This document shows, in pieces, positions 16,203 to 22,867 of a DNA stretch of 46,871 nt; positions within the stretch are counted from its first letter, which is position 1, and every line of letters starts with the position of its first letter. The translations under genes and the position numbers were made by a program. Under the pieces are notes generated by a model. That model worked only from the letters and a program-made list of their open reading frames with translations. It was not told the origin of the DNA and did no database searches. The stretch is from a virus: IMG/VR virus record IMGVR_UViG_3300043104_000084. One strand, 5' to 3'.

Positions 16203-16231
16203 TTGACATTGAGCAAGCCTTATAGTATAAT
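16203..16231 (+). promoter_or_regulatory. Perfect consensus sigma-70 promoter on the plus strand (TTGACA-17 nt-TATAAT)
   Basis: TTGACA 16203..16208, TATAAT 16226..16231. No plus-strand gene follows. Confidence 0.65.
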
Positions 16232-16237
16232 TTGAAT

Positions 16238-16310
16238 AGATGTATATATGTCTATAAGGCATAGCGATAAGCATTTGTGTAAGCCACTACGCAAGTGCTT
16301 TTTGTTTTTC
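16238..16310 (+). ncRNA. Predicted ~70-nt plus-strand small RNA, antisense to the 3' end of 16287..16889 and to any read-through rep leader
   Basis: Bounded by the consensus promoter and by a 13-bp hairpin plus TTTTTGTTTTT. Confidence 0.45.
16269..16310 (+). terminator. Intrinsic terminator of the plus-strand RNA
   Basis: AAGCATTTGTGTA-agccac-TACGCAAGTGCTT then a T-run. Its two G-U wobbles on the plus strand would be C-A mismatches on the minus strand. Confidence 0.55.
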
Positions 16311-16889
16311 CCTGTAAATCTTCGTTGCAAAATCTGTTTTCAAGTATCCGCCACAATCTTTGTGTTTCGCCATCCACGAACAACTAAGCAATGTTTTACC
16401 GCATTTCTCGCAAGTCATTTTCAAATACGGATATGCCGTTGTCTGTGCGTCCAAACATGGGATATATGGTATTTCCCCGCTTTCTGCGTAATGGCTGATT
16501 CCCTCTGCAAAATCCGGATAGTCTATCAGATTTCCGATTACTTTTATATCCTCCGTCTGCAATCCTCCAAGTTCCAATATTTCTCCGTATGCTATATCTA
16601 TTGCCTGTCCGTCCTGTAACAGGTAATAAGCGAATGTGTCCGCCGTTTCGTAAAGCAGTATATCCTTGTCGAATATCTCCTTTTTAAGCCTGTCCTGCTT
16701 TCCTGTACTGCTGCATAGTGTTTCTTTGCTCACTTCATACACATTTGCACCCGGATAACCGCCCTTGTCTATGTAATCCCCTACAGGTCTTTTTGCTCCG
16801 TCAAGCGGTCTTATTGGTGGGTCTGTGATATATTCGCCCTCTACCCATATCGGGTACGGTGTACTGCTGCTCTTCGCCTTTGCCCTCAT
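16287..16889 (-). CDS. YopX-like protein with C-terminal zinc ribbon
   Basis: Start at ATG 16889 (ATGA overlap with the upstream stop). VIGNLIDYPDF is a YopX-like signature. CEKCGK...CGG. Confidence 0.5.
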   Translation of the reverse strand: MRAKAKSSSTPYPIWVEGEYITDPPIRPLDGAKRPVGDYIDKGGYPGANVYEVSKETLCSSTGKQDRLKKEIFDKDILLYETADTFAYYLLQDGQAIDIAYGEILELGGLQTEDIKVIGNLIDYPDFAEGISHYAESGEIPYIPCLDAQTTAYPYLKMTCEKCGKTLLSCSWMAKHKDCGGYLKTDFATKIYREKQKALA

Positions 16890-17353
16890 GCCCTGCTGCC
16901 CCTTTCTGCTGATGTATGAATATCTCCTACAATCTTCATTTTCTCGGTATCGCAAACGCCCTTATTATCCACGCAAGGCAGTAAATAGTATTCCTGTCCG
17001 TCCGGCGATACCCACCGAAAGGCTATCACTCCATGCAACCGCACCTTTACCGTCTTTTCCCTAAATCCTGCCAATGTGTTATATTCACGGTTTAGATTCG
17101 TTTCCACGACCTCAAACCGCTTTATCTCTCCGTCCACCTTTAACTCTGTAATATCGCCTGTGTAAATCTCTTTTCCTGTCTTATCGCTATATCCTGTTTC
17201 TCTGCCAAGAGTAGCCGGGTTAATGTCAATAAAATCTCCGTCCGGCGTTCCTATCTCGGCAATCTCGTCTGTATTGAATCCATAGGACGGTAAACCGTAT
17301 ACATAATAAAACCGTTCCTCCGCCCTGTTGTATGCCAACGCTCTATACTTCAC
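16886..17353 (-). CDS. YopX-family protein
   Basis: KEIYTGDI... and ...KIVGDIH signatures. 155 aa. Confidence 0.6.
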   Translation of the reverse strand: MKYRALAYNRAEERFYYVYGLPSYGFNTDEIAEIGTPDGDFIDINPATLGRETGYSDKTGKEIYTGDITELKVDGEIKRFEVVETNLNREYNTLAGFREKTVKVRLHGVIAFRWVSPDGQEYYLLPCVDNKGVCDTEKMKIVGDIHTSAERGSRA

Positions 17354-17576
17354 GGCAATACCTCCTTAACTGCTCTCTGTATTTTTTCTCTGCTTCTAAG
17401 GTTATGTTTTCTGTCCTCAAAGGGCATGGTAATTTTGTTTCCTCTTTCGGATTCCCTAAAATCATGCTTGCAAATCCTCCGCCGTATATCGTCAATCCGC
17501 AATACGGAAACCGTGTATCCCTTTCCCCGCAAAATTCACATTCATAACAATTTTTAGGCTTTTCCATAACCGCCAC
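17343..17576 (-). CDS. Hypothetical Cys-rich protein
   Basis: 77-aa ORF, CxxCxxC near the N-terminus. Confidence 0.5.
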   Translation of the reverse strand: MAVMEKPKNCYECEFCGERDTRFPYCGLTIYGGGFASMILGNPKEETKLPCPLRTENITLEAEKKYREQLRRYCREV

Positions 17577-17579
17577 CGC

Positions 17580-17912
17580 CTATATGTCAATATCAAGGAA
17601 AATAGCCTTTTGCCATTGGATTTTACTAATCCTGTCCTCTATTTCCTCTTCGCTCATTTCGCAACAATCCTCTAAATAGCAACGGAAATTTTCTGTATCG
17701 TCCTTGAAAACATACTGCTCTCCGTCTGCGTACATCTGTTCAAAGGTGTACTCTCTTACCCTTGCCTTTCCTATAACTCCGCTCCACCGCTCGCAATCGT
17801 CCCCGGCTACTACCTCACTTTCCACCATTGGAATAGTTGGTAATTCCGGGTTAAGGCTTGCAAGAATCAGATAATCCCTTACATTCCTTTCCTGTATATT
17901 GTGCAATTCCAT
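17580..17912 (-). CDS. Hypothetical acidic protein
   Basis: 110-aa ORF. Confidence 0.5.
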   Translation of the reverse strand: MELHNIQERNVRDYLILASLNPELPTIPMVESEVVAGDDCERWSGVIGKARVREYTFEQMYADGEQYVFKDDTENFRCYLEDCCEMSEEEIEDRISKIQWQKAIFLDIDI

Positions 17913-17915
17913 GTA

Positions 17916-18245
17916 TTACCGCCTTTCCCACGCCTTTAATTCAAGCGGATATTGTTCTTTCAGTTCCCTTGACCTTGCTACATTGGCTTGCAGTAATAGC
18001 CTTGCTTCCTGCGACTTTTCGGCTGTGAATACCTTGCCGTCCGTCATTTTCTCAAACCGTGCCACATTCCGCCTTAATGCTTCATCCGTTACCGATATGA
18101 CATATACGGCCCCGCAACGCCTACAGACAAAATATTTATGTTCAATATCTCCTGTCCGCTTCGTCCTCGGCTTTATCTTGTTGATTATCCTGCCACATTT
18201 ATTACAGGTTATTATTGCCGGTCCCTTTTTCCTGTTTAACTGCAT
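17916..18245 (-). CDS. Hypothetical zinc-ribbon protein
   Basis: CNKCGR...CRRCG. 109 aa. Confidence 0.5.
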   Translation of the reverse strand: MQLNRKKGPAIITCNKCGRIINKIKPRTKRTGDIEHKYFVCRRCGAVYVISVTDEALRRNVARFEKMTDGKVFTAEKSQEARLLLQANVARSRELKEQYPLELKAWERR

Positions 18246-18484
18246 TATTTTCCCTCCTGTTTCTTCTTAGGACACCATGCCGGAGAGGTTTTAATACTCG
18301 GTGTATTCTCAAAAGGCTTTCCGAACCCTATAAAACCCTCCATTTTATGTATTTTGTAGTCTTTGAAATACTCTAAAATATATTTTTTGTCCGGGTGTTC
18401 GCAATGAAAACTCCCCCGTGTATTTCCGTAGCGTCTGCTGTCTTTGCAGTATTTGCACTCCGCACATTTAATTTTTCCTGCCAT
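18245..18484 (-). CDS. Hypothetical Cys-rich protein
   Basis: 79 aa. CAECKYC...C motifs. Confidence 0.5.
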   Translation of the reverse strand: MAGKIKCAECKYCKDSRRYGNTRGSFHCEHPDKKYILEYFKDYKIHKMEGFIGFGKPFENTPSIKTSPAWCPKKKQEGK

Positions 18485-18504
18485 TGTTCCGCTCCTTTCT
18501 TTCC

Positions 18505-18528
18505 GCTAGGGGCGGAATTGCCCCTAGC
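18505..18528. other. GC-rich 9-bp hairpin (GCTAGGGGC-6 nt-GCCCCTAGC) 14 nt downstream of the VR2 gene stop, no U-run
   Basis: Read directly. Confidence 0.6.
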
Positions 18529-18541
18529 CGTTATCTCCTGT

Positions 18542-19219
18542 CTATTCCTCTTCCGTGAGGATAGAAGATTTAAACACACAAGCCGGGCGAACGCCAATGT
18601 AACCATAGTACGCATTGTAGTCGTCGAGCGAACCGTCCGTGTACACAATCCGGGCATAATGGTTAATTGTGCTGTCAGCCGTGATTAACCACCACCAATC
18701 CTCTATCCGGTGGATAAACTGGCGGTACTTCCTGTACTGTTCACAAGTAAGCAGAAAAACCTTGTCCGTACTGCTGCCGTAATCCTTTAATCCGTCATCC
18801 GTTGTCAAATCCTGCTCCTGCTCCAAAATCGCCCCCGTATCCTGTCCTTTTGCTTTCATTTCCTCGCATAATGCGTTAAGGAATTTTCCGTTAAGGCGTT
18901 CTCTAAGGCTCGATTTCTTCCAATCGTTGCTGTTTTCCTCGTCAAATGCCTTGTACTCTACGATTTCGTCCGTAATGCAAAGTACCCTGTCCTCGTCCTT
19001 TGCCAATACATCCCAAACCAAACCGCCGATTTTTACCCTGCTGCCCTCTGCGTAATCTGCTAACTGCTTCATTTCCTTTTCCTCCTTGTTAATTTTGCTA
19101 ACCGTCCTGCACCACGATATAGCATTGTTTTTAGTTGCCTTTATAGTTCCCGTGATACTCATGTTTTGCCCGAAAATTTCACATTGTTTCGGCATATAAA
19201 GCACATCATCATGTTTCAT
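18542..19219 (-). CDS. DGR target protein 2: stand-alone variable C-type-lectin-like domain protein (VR2 at C-terminus)
   Basis: C-terminus WWWLITADSTINHYARIVYTDGSLDDYNAYYGYIGVRPACVF is paralogous to the VR1 region. Alternative start ATG 19072 has a strong GGAGGA RBS. Confidence 0.8.
   Translation of the reverse strand: MKHDDVLYMPKQCEIFGQNMSITGTIKATKNNAISWCRTVSKINKEEKEMKQLADYAEGSRVKIGGLVWDVLAKDEDRVLCITDEIVEYKAFDEENSNDWKKSSLRERLNGKFLNALCEEMKAKGQDTGAILEQEQDLTTDDGLKDYGSSTDKVFLLTCEQYRKYRQFIHRIEDWWWLITADSTINHYARIVYTDGSLDDYNAYYGYIGVRPACVFKSSILTEEE
18575..18658 (-). repeat. DGR variable repeat VR2
   Basis: 84 nt aligned to TR 28941..29024. 11 mismatches, all at TR adenines (coding strand). Confidence 0.85.
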
Positions 19220-19230
19220 TCTTTTTTCTC

Positions 19231-19440
19231 CTATTTCTTTGAGTAAATCGAATGTAACTTAATGCTTCCTCTCCGCTTTATGCTCTCTTCGGTGTGCAAT
19301 CCCGAATCAAAGAACGCACAAAACGTAGTTCCTCCGATTTCCGTAGTTGCTACAATGTGTGAGCCTATATCGTGAAACTCACAATTTTTCGTGTTACGGA
19401 AAATCATAATGTGCTTTTCCGTCCTGCTGCCTTTCCCCAC
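19231..19440 (-). CDS. Hypothetical protein
   Basis: GTG start 8 nt after AGGAGGG. 69 aa. Confidence 0.4.
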   Translation of the reverse strand: MGKGSRTEKHIMIFRNTKNCEFHDIGSHIVATTEIGGTTFCAFFDSGLHTEESIKRRGSIKLHSIYSKK

Positions 19441-19624
19441 TGGTCCGACCCTCCTTTATTGCTTTTTGTTCTTTTGATATATCTGCTATTGCCTGTGTTA
19501 TCTGCTCATAATCCCCTTGCAGATAATCAGCAACTAAGCCTATGACCTGTAACGGCAAACCGTCCTCTACAACCTCATTTCCTACCCTGTCTGCTATCTC
19601 TCTTGCTATTTCCTTTACATCCAT
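19394..19624 (-). CDS. Hypothetical acidic protein
   Basis: 76-aa ORF. Confidence 0.45.
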   Translation of the reverse strand: MDVKEIAREIADRVGNEVVEDGLPLQVIGLVADYLQGDYEQITQAIADISKEQKAIKEGRTSGERQQDGKAHYDFP

Positions 19625-19626
19625 GT

Positions 19627-19809
19627 CTATACTGTCCTCTGTGCCGTATCAGCCTTGTATGGAGTTCCCCCACGCTTTAACTCGTTGTAGATTGTTGCAC
19701 GGTGTACTCCTATACTTTCTGCAATCACTACTACACGCTCGCCGGACTTGCACATTTTTTCTATTTTCTGCCTGTCCTCGTAGTTCAATCGCCTATTTCC
19801 TTTTCTCAT
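19627..19809 (-). CDS. Stand-alone HTH protein resembling the N-terminal HTH of IS30 transposases
   Basis: LNYEDRQKIEKMCKSG...IAESIGVHRATIYNELKRG parallels MSRSDRIKMEALLNAG...HRSTIYREYEKG of the adjacent transposase. Confidence 0.55.
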   Translation of the reverse strand: MRKGNRRLNYEDRQKIEKMCKSGERVVVIAESIGVHRATIYNELKRGGTPYKADTAQRTV

Positions 19810-19825
19810 GCTCTTTTACCTCCTT

Positions 19826-19874
19826 AACAAAAAAAGAAAAATGCGTCTAAAGGTCACAAACCCTTGACGCATTT
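19826..19874 (-). terminator. Hairpin plus U-run directly upstream of the RBS of 19627..19809
   Basis: Minus strand AAATGCGTC-18 nt-GACGCATTT then TTTTCTTTTTTTG. Confidence 0.45.
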
Positions 19875-19885
19875 CGTATTTTTAG

Positions 19886-19932
19886 GTATAAAAAAGAAAT
19901 GCGAAAGAGTTTAATAACTCTTGTCGCATTTC
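19886..19932 (-). terminator. Strong intrinsic terminator downstream of the IS30 transposase gene
   Basis: 16-bp stem with a 1-nt bulge (GAAATGCGACAAGAGTT/AACTCTTTCGCATTTC) followed by TTTTTT. Confidence 0.7.
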
Positions 19933-19994
19933 ATTTTACAATGTAGCATTATATTTTGTCAATAGTTTTGCGACAAGTTTTTCAAAAAATTTTT

Positions 19995-21032
19995 CTATGC
20001 CAATTTCTGCAATTCTTCCTCGAATAACTCCGCTGATGTTCTATAATCAAAAATTCCCCTTGGATAGTGGTTTATCCAGTTCTCTATATATTCTATCTCT
20101 TCATCCGTTGTATCCTCAAAGTCTACTCCCTTTGGTATGTGCCTGCGTATGAGCCTGTTATTGTTCTCGTTCGTTCCCCTTTCCCAACTACTGTAAGGGT
20201 GGCAGTAAAAAACATAAGTCCTCTTTTCCTCTCTTAGTGCTGATTTCTCCATGCCCTCATAATCTGCAAACTCTACGCCATTATCTACCGTTATGCTTCT
20301 GAATATCTTATAGAACATATCGCCCCATTTTCTCTCTAACCGGTCCAATGCTTTCACTACAGACGCTGCCCCTTGGTCTTTCAGTTTGATAACTATTTCA
20401 TCCCTCGTCTTTCTCTCTGTCAGTACAAGCATACAGGACTTTGTAACGCCACGCTGCCCCTTTACCGTATCCATTTCCCAATGTCCGAATATCTCTCGGC
20501 TCTCTATCTCTTCCGGGCGATTTTCTATACTTTCTCCTGCACTTGCCCTCTTCTGTACCTTTACCTTTTTATTGTGTTTCTTCCTTTTCCCCTTTATCGG
20601 TAATTCCTTATTTGTCAGTTTAAGGAAGATTCCATTATCAATATATCTGTATAGCGTCCTCACGCTAATTGTTGTCTTAAATTCAATTCCCGACCTTGTG
20701 ACCTCTGCTAGTGCTGCTTCCGGGCTAAACCTGTCATTTACTATTTTGTCCTCTATGTACTCTGCCAACTCCCTATCGTTCCCGATTTTTAACGCCCTGC
20801 CTTTCCCCTCTTGGGCGTAATCGTGTGCTTTCTGTCCTAAATCGCTGCTATATCTTTCTTCCTCTGTGTAATCTGAATTTCTGTGTATATACTTTCCCTT
20901 TTCGTATTCCCTGTATATCGTACTCCTGTGAAAATGTAATTGTTCTGCTACCTCCGCCTTTGTATGTCCGGCGTTTAGCAATGCTTCCATTTTTATACGG
21001 TCACTCCTGCTCATTTGCTTAAATTTTCTCAT
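19995..21032 (-). CDS. IS30-family DDE transposase
   Basis: N-terminal HTH. HWEMDTV, ITVDNGVEF and SWERGTNENNNRLIRR (DDE triad context). Start at ATG 21032 after GGAGGTG. Confidence 0.85.
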   Translation of the reverse strand: MRKFKQMSRSDRIKMEALLNAGHTKAEVAEQLHFHRSTIYREYEKGKYIHRNSDYTEEERYSSDLGQKAHDYAQEGKGRALKIGNDRELAEYIEDKIVNDRFSPEAALAEVTRSGIEFKTTISVRTLYRYIDNGIFLKLTNKELPIKGKRKKHNKKVKVQKRASAGESIENRPEEIESREIFGHWEMDTVKGQRGVTKSCMLVLTERKTRDEIVIKLKDQGAASVVKALDRLERKWGDMFYKIFRSITVDNGVEFADYEGMEKSALREEKRTYVFYCHPYSSWERGTNENNNRLIRRHIPKGVDFEDTTDEEIEYIENWINHYPRGIFDYRTSAELFEEELQKLA

Positions 21033-21060
21033 TGTATACACCTCCAAACGCCAAAAGGCA

Positions 21061-21094
21061 GCAAGGCTATATACGCCCGCTGCCTAATGATTCT
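21061..21094 (-). terminator. Terminator-like hairpin after 21098..21706
   Basis: Minus strand GGCAGC-16 nt-GCTGCC then TTTTGG. Confidence 0.4.
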
Positions 21095-21097
21095 TTA

Positions 21098-21706
21098 CTA
21101 ATTTTCTTCGTTTACCTTTTCAATATCTCCGTTATCCGTATATACAAAGTATTCTCCTAAAGGCGTACCGCTAAACATTGCCTTTGCGTCCTGCTCTTCT
21201 CCGTCCGTATACTCATATAAGGATACATCCAAAAATCCGGCTGGCTTACTGATACTTGCCGTTGTCTTGGTAGTCAGATTTACCACCGCTAAAATGGTTT
21301 CGTCAGAATCAAAGTAATTTTCATAGCATGATAGGGCATACTCTGTAATGTCTATATTGTTTTCCGCAATAACCAAGCATTTCCATTTTCCTGTAACATC
21401 ATTCCTTACGGTGTTGTATACTACAGGCTTCAAATCGTCAATGCTCTTTTCACTTATCCCTACTATGCTATCCCCTGTCCTGTGTTCTACCTCTTCTTTT
21501 GCCTGTTCTGTGGTTTCCGGCTCTGCCGTTTCGTCCTGCTGCTCTGTTTCTGCTTCGGTTAAATCAGCAGTACCCCCCCCCCGAACATTCGTTTGTGCTT
21601 CTGTGTTCGCCGTTTCCTGCGTGTTGTCCTTGCTATTATTTGCCAATAATCCATAGCATAAAAGCACCGCCACAACCGCAATGATGATAATGTGTTTTTT
21701 CTTCAT
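21098..21706 (-). CDS. Membrane-anchored/exported acidic protein (contains G10 tract)
   Basis: N-terminal hydrophobic segment KKHIIIIAVVAVLLCYGLLA, then a low-complexity acidic linker and a globular C-terminus. Confidence 0.6.
   Translation of the reverse strand: MKKKHIIIIAVVAVLLCYGLLANNSKDNTQETANTEAQTNVRGGGTADLTEAETEQQDETAEPETTEQAKEEVEHRTGDSIVGISEKSIDDLKPVVYNTVRNDVTGKWKCLVIAENNIDITEYALSCYENYFDSDETILAVVNLTTKTTASISKPAGFLDVSLYEYTDGEEQDAKAMFSGTPLGEYFVYTDNGDIEKVNEEN
21573..21582. repeat. Homopolymer C10 (G10 on coding strand), currently in frame (R-G-G-G)
   Basis: Counted directly: taCCCCCCCCCCga. Confidence 0.9.
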
Positions 21707-21729
21707 TGTTACCCTCCTTGTTTTTTGCC

Positions 21730-21746
21730 GTGTCCTAATCGGTCAC
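21730..21746. repeat. 17-nt palindrome copy 3: GTGTCCTAATCGGTCAC (intergenic)
   Basis: Flanked by CC/GG. Ends about 15 nt upstream of the RBS of 21098..21706. Confidence 0.85.
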
Positions 21747-21846
21747 GGAGATATTGATTTTTTCTTTTTTTCCTGCTATATTATTAGAAACACTTGGGGC
21801 GGTTAGCAGGAATGTTAAGAAGTCCGCCCCTTGTGTGAATCCCTAT

Positions 21847-22005
21847 TTAATCTTCAATATCCTTTTGGGTATCCTCGATTAAATCATCAATCAGCCTTTC
21901 GGCTTCCTCTAGGTTCTTTTCTTTGATAGCCTTTTTCAAGTCTTTCAAATCTCTCATTAACCGTCTTAAATAACTTTTGAATACTGCCATTGTTTCATCC
22001 TCCAT
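21847..22005 (-). CDS. Small helical hypothetical protein (52 aa; below ORF-track cutoff)
   Basis: ATG 22005 or 21990, both with GGAG-type RBS. Located downstream of consensus promoter 22046..22074. Confidence 0.3.
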   Translation of the reverse strand: MEDETMAVFKSYLRRLMRDLKDLKKAIKEKNLEEAERLIDDLIEDTQKDIED

Positions 22006-22045
22006 TGTTTCAACTCCTTTCCTGCTATCTCCTTGCTACAATTAT

Positions 22046-22074
22046 ATTATATACTTATATAAGTATAATGTCAA
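22046..22074 (-). promoter_or_regulatory. Perfect consensus promoter TTGACA-17 nt-TATAAT with operator O6 filling the spacer
   Basis: Minus strand reads TTGACAttatacttatataagtaTATAAT. Confidence 0.7.
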
Positions 22075-22099
22075 GCGTTTTTATACTTATATAAGTATT
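22050..22099. promoter_or_regulatory. Operators O6-O7
   Basis: O6 22050..22067 (perfect); O7 22082..22099 (17/18), abutting the RHH gene stop. Confidence 0.75.
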
Positions 22100-22100
22100 T

Positions 22101-22298
22101 TTAACTCCGGCTTTTCTTCTCGTTTATTGCAGCAACCACAAACTCATTACGGCTACTATATCCCTGTTCCTTTGCTGCTCTGTCAATCTCTGCTTTTTCT
22201 CCTGTCGGAACGGTAACTAAAAACTGGTCGTATGCTTTTGCATTGTATTTGTTCTTTGCTCTTGTGGCAGGCGTTCCGCCTGTTCTTTCCTCTGCCAT
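22101..22298 (-). CDS. Arc/MetJ-type ribbon-helix-helix DNA-binding protein
   Basis: 65 aa. NAKAYDQFLVTVPTGEKAEIDRAAKEQGYSSRNEFVVAAINE fits a beta-strand/helix/helix layout. Operators flank the gene on both sides. Confidence 0.7.
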   Translation of the reverse strand: MAEERTGGTPATRAKNKYNAKAYDQFLVTVPTGEKAEIDRAAKEQGYSSRNEFVVAAINEKKSRS

Positions 22299-22346
22299 AT
22301 TCTACCTCCTGTTTATTCTAAATTGCTTCCTAAGTGTCTTGTTGAG

Positions 22347-22380
22347 ATTGTATCATACTTTTTATACTTATACAAGTATA
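22347..22380 (-). promoter_or_regulatory. RHH gene promoter (TTGTAT-17 nt-TACAAT, TG-extended) overlapping operator O8 (22363..22380)
   Basis: The -35 (22370..22375) lies inside TATACTTATACAAGTATA. Confidence 0.55.
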
Positions 22381-22414
22381 TATTTTCACAATTTTTTCAT
22401 AGGGCGAAAAACGG

Positions 22415-22451
22415 CATAAAAATAACCCCCAAGGTTGTTAAACCAAGGGGG
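22415..22451 (-). terminator. Terminator-like hairpin after 22458..22847
   Basis: Interrupted stem CCCCC..GGTT/AACC..GGGGG followed by TTATTTTTAT on the minus strand. Confidence 0.45.
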
Positions 22452-22457
22452 TATCTC

Positions 22458-22847
22458 TTACTCTTCCTTATTTGTATTATCCGCTGTTGCGGTTGCCTGT
22501 GTTGCCTGCTGCTTGTTCTCAATGTATGTAGCAATGTTTTTGTTGGTTTCCCATTTCTTCTTTGCTTCCTCTAATACGGATTCCGCAATGTTTACCAACT
22601 GCTTTTCTGTAAATAGTACCCTTGCCACGCTCGGCAGATACCCGTATAACTTTGCTACAACATCTGAAAGTTTAATAACGCCTGTGCCGGTCCCGCACTC
22701 TCCCTCTGCGTCCGTAACCAATTTAACCGCAATCTGCTTTAAAATCTTTGTCTGTCCTGTCTTGATAAGGTAAATGATAATTGCTACCACCACTCCAACC
22801 AATACCACGGAATCCCAATTTAAGAGTAACCATTTTAAAATCTGCAT
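22458..22847 (-). CDS. Single-pass membrane protein, holin-like
   Basis: N-terminal TM (VVLVGVVVAIIIYLI) with a long soluble tail. Last gene of the lysis cassette. Confidence 0.45.
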   Translation of the reverse strand: MQILKWLLLNWDSVVLVGVVVAIIIYLIKTGQTKILKQIAVKLVTDAEGECGTGTGVIKLSDVVAKLYGYLPSVARVLFTEKQLVNIAESVLEEAKKKWETNKNIATYIENKQQATQATATADNTNKEE

Positions 22848-22867
22848 TTTCTCTTACCTCCTGTTTT

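Noticed and set aside
16248-16619. Plus-strand ORF 16248..16619 (123 aa) as the product of the plus-strand consensus promoter
   Set aside because: There is no RBS. A strong terminator lies about 25-60 nt into the ORF. The ORF is antisense to a YopX-like gene, so a short non-coding RNA is more consistent.
18373-18688. ORFs 18373..18657(-), 18395..18688(+) and 28827..29132(+) that share peptide strings such as TIVRIVVVERTVRVH
   Set aside because: The similarity is simply the TR/VR DNA repeat read in non-coding frames. It is not a paralogous gene family.
19810-21097. Defined IS element boundaries (terminal inverted repeats or target duplication) around the IS30 transposase
   Set aside because: I compared the two flanks by eye on both strands and found no convincing inverted repeat, so no mobile_element feature with coordinates is reported.
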